Shown: piece by piece, positions 56,437 through 64,000 of the stretch | Position numbering within the stretch: position 1 is the first letter of the stretch | Layout of the letters: every line of letters starts with the position of its first letter | Source: Gemmatimonadaceae bacterium | Lineage (GTDB): Bacteria; Gemmatimonadota; Gemmatimonadetes; Gemmatimonadales; Gemmatimonadaceae | NCBI GenBank assembly: GCA_035248505.1 | Contig: DATFHK010000012.1 | Location: 27,821-91,820, forward strand | DNA: 64,000 bases | Direction: 5' to 3' | The notes under the pieces: generated by a model | Databases searched by the model: none | Told to the model about the DNA's origin: nothing | Seen by the model: only the letters and a program-made list of their open reading frames with translations | Translations under genes and position numbers: made by a program

Positions 56437-57441
56437 TTACCAGGGCCGCAACGCCACCAGCATCAATTCCGGATGCTGGTCTCGATTCGTATCGACGAGC
56501 TCGGCGACTGGGTAGGTACCAGAGTTCACGAACAACACATCCGGGCCAGTTGCTTCATTGTGCCACACACCAGTGAGCGGATCCGCGTAGCCGAGTGTGA
56601 CGGCGTGCAGCGCGAGGCGATCGTAGGCGACGGGGCCGAGGATGTTGAGAAGGATGTTGTTGGGTACGACTCCAGAGTTCACTCGCTGTCCGAAGATGAT
56701 GTCGCTGACGCTGCGCGTGGTTCCCCAGCGGATGTTCTGGTCTGTGCCCAGGCCAAAGCCCTTATCGAGGCACCACTGCCGACCCCACACCGGATGACCG
56801 GCTCCCGATCGGCAGAAGCTCGGCGCACCGCCGTTGACGCGATCGCTGAGCGGCGCCACTTGCCACGCACCCAGATTTCTGGCGCGATCGTCATCGAGCG
56901 CGACGAGCTGCTGTCCTTTCCGGTTGCGCAACACGACCTCGTTTCTCATCGGCGCCACGAGTATTGAATTCTGCGGAATGCCGCGAGCCAGCGCATAAGC
57001 CAGAGCGCCGCCGGTTACATACTGTGCGGGTTTGTTGCTCACGACATACGTGCGCACCACTGGTTGTACTTCGCTGACGCGGAGATCGCGCGCCAAATGG
57101 CCGACGCCACGCCCGCGATTATTTCCGGTCGCGACAATCGCGCGCGGAGATGCATTTGCGGAAGCCGGCAGCGTCTTCGCGACTTTATTTGGGTGCGTGT
57201 TTGAATTTCCCCGCCCGCGACTGACCGCTTCTACGCGCGATTGTCCGGGCGGAGGCGATGCATTGGCCGGCTTCGCGGCTTGTCCTTTTGCGGATTTTTC
57301 GGGGCCATGTGACTTGCTCTGGCCGACTTTCGCGCCACCATTGCCGCTGCCTTTTCCTTTGCCCTGCGCATCGGCGCTGTTGGCAGTGGCGATTAGCGCG
57401 AGTGGCAAGACTATCGTTGCAATCCAGCGTGTTGTTTTCAT
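56437..57441 (-). CDS. Secreted hypothetical protein with Gly/Lys/Asn-rich N-terminus
   Basis: Signal peptide (..SADA/Q), GAGGG RBS; motif PSFCRSGAGHPVWGRQWC. Confidence 0.75.
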   Translation of the reverse strand: MKTTRWIATIVLPLALIATANSADAQGKGKGSGNGGAKVGQSKSHGPEKSAKGQAAKPANASPPPGQSRVEAVSRGRGNSNTHPNKVAKTLPASANASPRAIVATGNNRGRGVGHLARDLRVSEVQPVVRTYVVSNKPAQYVTGGALAYALARGIPQNSILVAPMRNEVVLRNRKGQQLVALDDDRARNLGAWQVAPLSDRVNGGAPSFCRSGAGHPVWGRQWCLDKGFGLGTDQNIRWGTTRSVSDIIFGQRVNSGVVPNNILLNILGPVAYDRLALHAVTLGYADPLTGVWHNEATGPDVLFVNSGTYPVAELVDTNRDQHPELMLVALRPW

Positions 57442-57545
57442 GTTTGCCCTCAGCTGTTGGGTCGCGTAGTTGCGACAGCTCTGCACTGGGGCGGCAAGGA
57501 TTTGGCCAGAATTCGTGCGAACAAATGTTGCCGCGCGCTTATGGA

Positions 57546-58583
57546 TTAGACCTGCAGCACCATCGACCCGCGTAGTCGAGCACCTTCGCTCAGCCGGTTG
57601 AGCGCGTGGTTGGCTTCCTCGAGCGGCATTGTTTCCGTCGTCGCCCGCAAACCTGTTGCGGCGGCGAGCTCCAGCATCTCTCGCACGTCGGCACGCGTCA
57701 CGTTGGCGACGCTTTTGATTTCCCGCTCTTTCCAGAGATGCGTGGTGTAGTCCAGTCGCAGTAGTTCGTTCTGATCGCGTGATGATTTGCTGATCGCGTT
57801 GATTACGAGACGGCCGCCGGGCGCGAGATTGCGTAGCCCCTCGACCACTGGCTTCCACGCCGGTGTCGTGTCGATGATCGCGTCGAGCGGCGCCGGTGGA
57901 TCATCGGCAGTGTCTCCCGCCCAGTTTGCGCCGAGCTCGAGCGCGAACTGCCGCTCCTCTGGACTCCGTGCGAAAACAGATATCGGTGAAGATGGAAATC
58001 GTCGCCTCGCGATCTGGAGGACGAGATGCGCGGAAGCGCCGAAGCCGGTGAGACCGAGGCGCTGGCCGTCCGTAAGCTGTGTGAGCCGCAACGATCGCCA
58101 GCCAATCGCGCCCGCACAAAGCAGCGGTGCTGCTTCCACATCGCTCAACGCGTCTGGCATCGGATATACGAATGCCGCGGGAGCGACGACGTATTCGGCG
58201 TAGCCGCCATTCACATCGCAACCGGTCGAGCGAAAACGCGGACAGAGATTCTCGCGATCGGTCCGGCACCATTGGCATTCTCCATCCGTCCAATTGATCC
58301 ACGCGACTCCAACGCGATCGCCTTCGCGGAACCGAGGGTTCTTCCCAACTCCTTCCACTCGACCGACGATCTGATGTCCTGGAACAACCGGGTACTGCGG
58401 GGCGACAACGCGGCCTTCCGCAACGTCCAGATCAGTGCGGCACACCGCGCAGACCGAAACCCGAATCAGGAGGTCGTCATCGGCCGGTGCTGGCTTGGCG
58501 AGCTCGGTGAGTTTTAACGGCGTTGGATTCTCCGCCAGCGGCGCCGGCTCGCTCAGTAGCATCGCACGCATTGTCGCCGTCAC
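57546..58583 (-). CDS. Zinc-dependent alcohol dehydrogenase family protein
   Basis: VCRTD, PGHQ, DGECQWC..ENLC, PLLCAG, GFGASA. Confidence 0.92.
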   Translation of the reverse strand: MTATMRAMLLSEPAPLAENPTPLKLTELAKPAPADDDLLIRVSVCAVCRTDLDVAEGRVVAPQYPVVPGHQIVGRVEGVGKNPRFREGDRVGVAWINWTDGECQWCRTDRENLCPRFRSTGCDVNGGYAEYVVAPAAFVYPMPDALSDVEAAPLLCAGAIGWRSLRLTQLTDGQRLGLTGFGASAHLVLQIARRRFPSSPISVFARSPEERQFALELGANWAGDTADDPPAPLDAIIDTTPAWKPVVEGLRNLAPGGRLVINAISKSSRDQNELLRLDYTTHLWKEREIKSVANVTRADVREMLELAAATGLRATTETMPLEEANHALNRLSEGARLRGSMVLQV

Positions 58584-58587
58584 GGTC

Positions 58588-58803
58588 TTAACCGTTGGCG
58601 GCGACGTCGCACTTGACGCACATCAACGTCTGACCGAGGAATTTCCGCCGTCCTTCTTCCGTGATCACCCACGGCCGCACCTGCCACGGCGGATCGTGTC
58701 GCACATGTTGCGTGTGACCGCACTCGAGGTCCGCTACCCAATGCCGCTCGTCGTCCTGATGAAAACCAACGATCTTGCGTGCGACGCCGCGGCTCGTACT
58801 CAC
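58588..58803 (-). CDS. DUF3565 domain protein
   Basis: IVGFHQD...HWVADLECGHTQHVRH.PPW..RPWV..C..C. Confidence 0.88.
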   Translation of the reverse strand: MSTSRGVARKIVGFHQDDERHWVADLECGHTQHVRHDPPWQVRPWVITEEGRRKFLGQTLMCVKCDVAANG

Positions 58804-59735
58804 TCCAATGCCGCTCCTTCAACCATTCTGTCGCTGACAATGACTTCGGCAGTTTGATCGTGCGATTTCCACGCCGCCTGCATCGCGCTGCCCACATACG
58901 CTGCCGCGGCGCGAGGAGCGATTGCGACCAACGTCGATCCGGAACCGCTCAGCGTTGCGCCGAACGCGCCGGCCCCGGTCGCTGCGGCCACCACTTCATC
59001 GTAGCCGGGAATGAGCTGTCGTCTGAACGGAACGTGTAGCACGTCGTCGAGTGCAAAGGCCAGCAAAGCGCCGTCGCCGCTGGAAAGGCCTTCGATCAGC
59101 GCCGCCGCCTTCGCGGCTGCTCGCACTGCCGTGAGGTGTGGAACTGACTTGGGCAGCACCGCTCGTGCCTCCGATGTCAGCACTTCCAACTCGGGTACGG
59201 CAAACACCAGCGTGATGCCGTGATGAATCCTCAATTCCGAAAACGCCCACGCACTCGCGGCGTTCTGCGTCGGAATTCCCAGCACCGCGCCACCAAATAC
59301 CGAGGGGCCGGCGTTATCGGGATGTCCCTCCTCGCGCGCGCACAGTGTTGCGATTGCATCAGAGCCAAGATCGAGACCCAGGGCTCCACGCGCGAGAAAC
59401 GCTCCTGCGACGATCGCTGCTGCCGACGCGCCGAGTCCGCGCGCGACTGGAATCGTGGAGCTGACGTCGTAATCGAGCGCGTCTGGTACAGGCGCAGCGC
59501 ACGCGTCACAGGCGAGACGAAAGCCTGTGTGCACGAGATCGTCCTCGGGCTTCAGCGCGATGCCCTCGTTCGCCCCCGAGCGCTTCATCGTCACCCCAGA
59601 CCCTCCATTGCCGACGACAACCGAGGCTGTGAGCCAACGATCGACTGCTACTCCAACACAATCGAAGCCGGCGCCGAGGTTCGACGTGCTGCCCGGCACA
59701 CGCACACGCGCTTTCTTCGTTGCGCCCTTCTTCAT
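58800..59735 (-). CDS. thrB: Homoserine kinase
   Basis: VPGSTSNLGAGFD, IPVARGLGASA, EGHPDN, LSGSGST. Confidence 0.95.
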   Translation of the reverse strand: MKKGATKKARVRVPGSTSNLGAGFDCVGVAVDRWLTASVVVGNGGSGVTMKRSGANEGIALKPEDDLVHTGFRLACDACAAPVPDALDYDVSSTIPVARGLGASAAAIVAGAFLARGALGLDLGSDAIATLCAREEGHPDNAGPSVFGGAVLGIPTQNAASAWAFSELRIHHGITLVFAVPELEVLTSEARAVLPKSVPHLTAVRAAAKAAALIEGLSSGDGALLAFALDDVLHVPFRRQLIPGYDEVVAAATGAGAFGATLSGSGSTLVAIAPRAAAAYVGSAMQAAWKSHDQTAEVIVSDRMVEGAALE

Positions 59736-61036
59736 CGCTGCTGATTCCCGCTCGACTTCATCACGCCCTCGACGGCATCGAGTCTGGCGTCGATTTCGAT
59801 CGGAGGATTCGCCTGAGCGTGGCTCGCATCCCTGTGGTAATCGATCAGAATTCCTGGATCCTTGAGAATGTGACCGGTAAGAATCGCGACCACGCGATCT
59901 TTTTTCCGAATCACGCCGTCGCTGACCAATCGTCGCACGCCGGCAACGCTCGCCGCACTCGCCGGCTCACAACCAACGCCGCTAGCGTCGATTATTGCTT
60001 TCGCGTCGAGGATTTCAGCATCACTCACGTCCAGCACGACGCCATTCGTCTCGCGAATCGCGCGCACACCACGATCGTACGATGCCGGATCGCCGATTTT
60101 GATCGCCGTCGCCACGGTCTCCGCGCGAACGGTCTCGCGCTTCGTGAATCCTTCACGGAAACTCTTCGCGAACGGCGCAGCGCCTTGCGCCTGCACCGCG
60201 GCCAGCCTCGGCGCAGAATCGATCAATCCAGTCGCGCGCGCCACACGAATCGCCGCTCCAAACGCGGCAGTGTTTCCCAGATTACCGGCCGGTACTACGA
60301 TCCAGTCAGGAGCATTCCAGGCCAGCTGTTGCAGCAGGTCGAGCACGATGGTCGTCTGCCCCGCGATGCGGAACGGATTGATGGAGTTGACGAGATAGAC
60401 GCCGAGCTTCTCCGACGCCTCCTTCGCCAATCGCAGGCAGTCGTCGAAATCACCACGCACCATCAGCGTGCGCGCGCCGTAGGCAAGCGTCTGGGCCAGT
60501 TTGCCGAGCGCGATCTGGCCGGCAGGGACGAATACGATCGCTGGAATGCCGGCGAGAGCTGCGTATGCCGCCAGTGATGCTGACGTATTGCCAGTCGACG
60601 CGCAGGACACCGCGGTCGCACCGATGCGGCGCGCGTTGCTGACCGCCACCGTCATCCCGCGATCCTTGAACGATCCGGTCGGATTGTGGCCTTCATGTTT
60701 GAGGTGTAGCTCCGACACGCCGGTCCACTCGGAGACACCCTCGCGCTTTAACAGCGGAGTATTTCCTTCCCATTGCGTAACCACATCAGCGTCGGGCATC
60801 GCCGGCAATACCAGCTCCCGGAAACGCCAAACTCCGGAGCGATGGATCTCGCTCGACGCGGCTGCCCGGCTCGACGAGAGTCTGTCTGCGAACAGCTCGC
60901 GCAGCGCCTCGGCGGTCGCTGCCGGCAGATCATTCTCCAGTGACAGGAGGCCGCCGCACGTTGGGCAGGTCGTCGCTCTGTTGTGTTCGCTCAGTTCCGC
61001 GCCGCACGATTCGCAACGCAATCGAGTCAGCGCCAT
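59732..61036 (-). CDS. thrC: Threonine synthase
   Basis: EGNTPL, NPTGSFKDRG, ASTGNT, PAGNLGN, EPASA, LTGH.LKD. Confidence 0.95.
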   Translation of the reverse strand: MALTRLRCESCGAELSEHNRATTCPTCGGLLSLENDLPAATAEALRELFADRLSSSRAAASSEIHRSGVWRFRELVLPAMPDADVVTQWEGNTPLLKREGVSEWTGVSELHLKHEGHNPTGSFKDRGMTVAVSNARRIGATAVSCASTGNTSASLAAYAALAGIPAIVFVPAGQIALGKLAQTLAYGARTLMVRGDFDDCLRLAKEASEKLGVYLVNSINPFRIAGQTTIVLDLLQQLAWNAPDWIVVPAGNLGNTAAFGAAIRVARATGLIDSAPRLAAVQAQGAAPFAKSFREGFTKRETVRAETVATAIKIGDPASYDRGVRAIRETNGVVLDVSDAEILDAKAIIDASGVGCEPASAASVAGVRRLVSDGVIRKKDRVVAILTGHILKDPGILIDYHRDASHAQANPPIEIDARLDAVEGVMKSSGNQQR

Positions 61037-61037
61037 C

Positions 61038-63548
61038 TCAGCGCGAGCCTGCCAACTTCAGCACGTCGTTCAGAACACCCGCTGCGGTTACGGCCGCGCC
61101 CGCGCCCGGACCGGTGATGACGAGTGGATTCGCGCGGTAACGCCGCGTTGTGAACGAAAAGTGGTTGTCTGTTCCCGCGAGCGAGGCGAGCGAGCTCTTC
61201 GCATCGACAGCGACGATTCCGACGCGCGCCTCACGTTTTGTCACCGATGCACGATAGCGAAGTACAGTTCCTCGCTCGCGGGCGTCTCGAATACGCTGTT
61301 CCCAGCTCTCGTCCTCCGCGCTGAGTCGCTCCAGAAAGACATTCAAAGGAACCTCCCGCAAAGCGTCGGGCACCAATGATTCGACTTCGACGTCCGCCAG
61401 CTCTCCCGAGAATCCAATCAGCCGACCGAGTATGAGCGCTTTGCGCGCGACGTCCATCCCTGACAGATCGTCGCGGGGATCCGGCTCTGTGTATCCCAAC
61501 TTCATCGCCGTCTTGAGCGCGAGGGAGAACGGAGTTCCGCGGCCCATCTCGCTGAGTAAATAGCCGAGAGTTCCAGACGGACTCCCTTCGACCCGCAATA
61601 TCTGATCGCCCGACTCGGCCAGCTTCTGGATCGTATCGATGATCGGCAGTCCGGCGCCGACGGTTGCCTCGTGCAGTAGCCTGCGTTCGTTCGCCGTCGC
61701 AGTGCTGGTGAGATCGCGCGCGTCCTTTTCGGAACCGGCTAGTGGCCGCTTGTTGGCGAGCACGATGTCCATTCCGTGTTGCATCGCCTGCTTTAGCACT
61801 TCCACCGTGTCGGCAGCAGTGACATCAACGAGGATCGGACGCGACAACGCGTGGGCCGCGATCGCCGAAATCGCTTCCTCGGTCGTCGCGCGCTGCCCTC
61901 GACGCACACCCGATAACGGCGTGCGCGCCGACTTCGCTGTCGCCAGCGCTTCCAGCTTTTTCGCGGACAATCCACGCGCATCGAACACGTAGCCGCTGCG
62001 ATCCACGACTGCCACCACTCGCGCCTGTCCATCCGCGGCGTGCCCGGATCGAGTCGCCATCTGCATCGCCAGCTCCCGACCGATCTGGCCGAAGCCGAGT
62101 ATTACGACGTCGGCATGCTCGGGATGAACGGCGGCTCCGCCACCGATCTTGCCCAGTCTGAACGCGTGGTGAATCGCGCGCTGCGCCTTCGCCGCATCGT
62201 TGCCGTCGACGACGACGGAGATGTTGAGCTCGCTCGCGCCCTGCGCGATGGCGATGATGTTCACTTCCTCATCCGCCAGCGCCGAGAACAATCGCGCAGC
62301 GACGCCCGGCGTCCCCGCCATCCCGAGTCCGACTACCGCGATCGTCGCCAGATCAGGCCGCACTTCGATGGCATCGATCTCGTGTCGCGCCAGCTCCGCC
62401 GCGAACGCTTCGCGCAAAGCAACTTCCGCCGCATCAGCTGCAGTGCTCGGAATTCCCATGCAGATCGAGTGTTCGGAGGAGGCCTGCGAGATCAGCGACA
62501 CCGACACTCCCATACGTTCCAATGCGCCGAAGGCGCGCGCTGCAACACCCGGCACACCCACCATGCCGTTGCCTGCAATCGTGACGAGTGTCTGACCGGA
62601 AATTGCCGTCAGCGCTTTCACCGGACGCCGTGTGCGCTGCGCACCGCTCTTGCGTTCGCGGTCGATAACGATCTCGGTGCCCTCCGCCGCTGGATCGGCG
62701 AACGGCCGAATGATCAGTCGCATGCCCGGCTGCAATGCGATCAATGACCGTGGGTGCAGCACTTTCGCTCCGTAATACGCGAGCTCCGATGCTTCCCGAA
62801 CATGCAGCACCGAAATCAGCCGTGCATCCGGTACGACACGCGGATCGGCGGTGAGTAGACCGGGCACGTCTTTCCACAGAATCACATCGCGTGCACCGAG
62901 CGCTCGGCCAAGCACAGTCGCTGTGAGATCGGAGCCGCCGCGCCCCAGCGTGACGACTTCTCCTCGCGGAGAGCGCCCGACGAAGCCAGGAACGACAGGC
63001 ACCACGTCTCGCTCGATCAGCGGGCGCAACGTGCTCGCGGCAGCCGCCGTCGTTTCCTCGATGTCGGGGCTGGCGTTCCCGTGCGGTCCGTCCGCGCGCA
63101 CGACATCGGTTGCATCTACGAACTGCGCGGGCGTACCGGTGATGCTCAGTGCTGCGGATAGTATCCGCGCAGCGAGCCGATCGCCGTACGATATGAACGA
63201 ATCGCTCGTGGCGGGTGTGACCTCGCCCTCGGCGGCGATCGTCGAATGGAGCTGTTTGAGGTCGTCGAAACTTTTCGCCAGCTCACCTTGAAAAACATCG
63301 CTGTCCAGGCCGAGCGCTAATGCAACCTGGGCGTGCTTCTGTCGCAAACCGTCGAGCGCGGTATCGGAGAATTCACGCGCAGTCGGTGTATGGGCGATCG
63401 CCAGAAGTTCGTCCGTGACACCGAGCATTGCCGAGGCGACAATCACTTTTTGCGCGTCGTCGCCGGCGATGATTGCAATGACGCGACGAATGGCGTCCGC
63501 GTCGGCCAGTGCTGCGCCGCCGAACTTGTGGACGTTGACTGTGGACAG
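61038..63548 (-). CDS. thrA: Bifunctional aspartokinase / homoserine dehydrogenase
   Basis: HKFGG lies upstream of the track start; VASAM, LGRGGSD, two ACT domains, GFGQIG, ANK, EATVGAGLP, GYTEPDP, GPGAG. Start placed at CTG 63548. Confidence 0.93.
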   Translation of the reverse strand: MSTVNVHKFGGAALADADAIRRVIAIIAGDDAQKVIVASAMLGVTDELLAIAHTPTAREFSDTALDGLRQKHAQVALALGLDSDVFQGELAKSFDDLKQLHSTIAAEGEVTPATSDSFISYGDRLAARILSAALSITGTPAQFVDATDVVRADGPHGNASPDIEETTAAAASTLRPLIERDVVPVVPGFVGRSPRGEVVTLGRGGSDLTATVLGRALGARDVILWKDVPGLLTADPRVVPDARLISVLHVREASELAYYGAKVLHPRSLIALQPGMRLIIRPFADPAAEGTEIVIDRERKSGAQRTRRPVKALTAISGQTLVTIAGNGMVGVPGVAARAFGALERMGVSVSLISQASSEHSICMGIPSTAADAAEVALREAFAAELARHEIDAIEVRPDLATIAVVGLGMAGTPGVAARLFSALADEEVNIIAIAQGASELNISVVVDGNDAAKAQRAIHHAFRLGKIGGGAAVHPEHADVVILGFGQIGRELAMQMATRSGHAADGQARVVAVVDRSGYVFDARGLSAKKLEALATAKSARTPLSGVRRGQRATTEEAISAIAAHALSRPILVDVTAADTVEVLKQAMQHGMDIVLANKRPLAGSEKDARDLTSTATANERRLLHEATVGAGLPIIDTIQKLAESGDQILRVEGSPSGTLGYLLSEMGRGTPFSLALKTAMKLGYTEPDPRDDLSGMDVARKALILGRLIGFSGELADVEVESLVPDALREVPLNVFLERLSAEDESWEQRIRDARERGTVLRYRASVTKREARVGIVAVDAKSSLASLAGTDNHFSFTTRRYRANPLVITGPGAGAAVTAAGVLNDVLKLAGSR

Positions 63549-63550
63549 AG

Positions 63551-64000
63551 CTAGTGCCGGTAGCCGGGTCCTCTCAGCGCGCGACCCGGAAGTGCACTGG
63601 TCACCCTGCCGCCGTCCACAACTGCGACGCCATTCACGAACACGTAGTTCACTCCGGTCGCCACCTGCGACGGATTCTCATAAGTCGAGTTGTCGATGAT
63701 CGTGTTGGGATCGAACACCGTAATGTCGGCGTACATGCCCGGCTTGAGCAGCCCGCGATCGTTGATGCCGACACGCTGCGCGGCGAGCGACGTCATCTTC
63801 CGAATCGCGAATTCGAGAGTGATCACCGAATCCTGACGCACGTAGCGTCCGAGAATGCGTGGAAACGTTCCGAATCCTCTTGGATGACCGCGGTCGCGCC
63901 ACTTTCCGGTCGAATCCGGGCTGACGGCGCCGGCATCCTGCCCAACCGACACCCATGGCTGCTGCATCGCCAGACGCAGCGCGTCCTCGTTGAATGAGAA
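63551..64000 (-). CDS. N-acyl-D-amino-acid deacylase family amidohydrolase (C-terminal part, runs off the window)
   Basis: HPRGFGTFPRILG.YVR, AIRKMTSL.A, DRGLL..G..AD..VFD, V.VNG, PGRAL. Confidence 0.9.
   Translation of the reverse strand, partial: FSFNEDALRLAMQQPWVSVGQDAGAVSPDSTGKWRDRGHPRGFGTFPRILGRYVRQDSVITLEFAIRKMTSLAAQRVGINDRGLLKPGMYADITVFDPNTIIDNSTYENPSQVATGVNYVFVNGVAVVDGGRVTSALPGRALRGPGYRH

Noticed and set aside
57442-57858. N-terminal extension of the secreted hypothetical protein
   Set aside because: It overlaps the alcohol dehydrogenase gene; the signal peptide and RBS indicate 57441.
22850-58600. Integrative element or prophage explaining the stress cluster
   Set aside because: No integrase, tRNA, att repeats or phage genes were seen; only a qualitative impression of weaker codon bias in parts.

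Overview
GC-rich bacterial window. Gene content and codon style suggest a Gemmatimonadota-like organism (inference only). It has about 55 CDS and no tRNA, rRNA, CRISPR array, integrase or transposase. Left part (1-18 kb): peptidases (M42, M61-PDZ, M13, S9), an acyl-CoA dehydrogenase, and a metH-yitJ-dinB-cbiX operon led by a sigma70 promoter and a SAM-II riboswitch with a terminator/antiterminator platform. Just upstream, a four-helix-bundle (23S-rRNA-IVP/Avd-like) gene lies antisense between 56-bp inverted repeats (53/56 identical), and most mismatches are G-U wobbles only in the host-strand RNA. A second, non-coding 144-bp inverted-repeat element is at 18.0-18.2 kb. At 18-23 kb a multi-receiver protein with a degenerate GGDEF and intact I-site precedes a HEAT protein and a processive GT2. 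From about 23 to 54 kb is a large low-oxygen/dormancy-type cluster: three USPs, CBS, two PNPOx-like flavin proteins, BON, YceI plus a beta-barrel, VIT1, a P1B-5 ATPase, a 2-domain multicopper oxidase, xfp-ackA, a PLP decarboxylase, heme-PAS and FAD-PAS kinases and an NreC-like regulator. A recurring TAGGG-N4-CCCT palindrome occurs in its intergenic regions. Right end: gltA, an alcohol dehydrogenase and thrA-thrC-thrB; thrA apparently starts at CTG.
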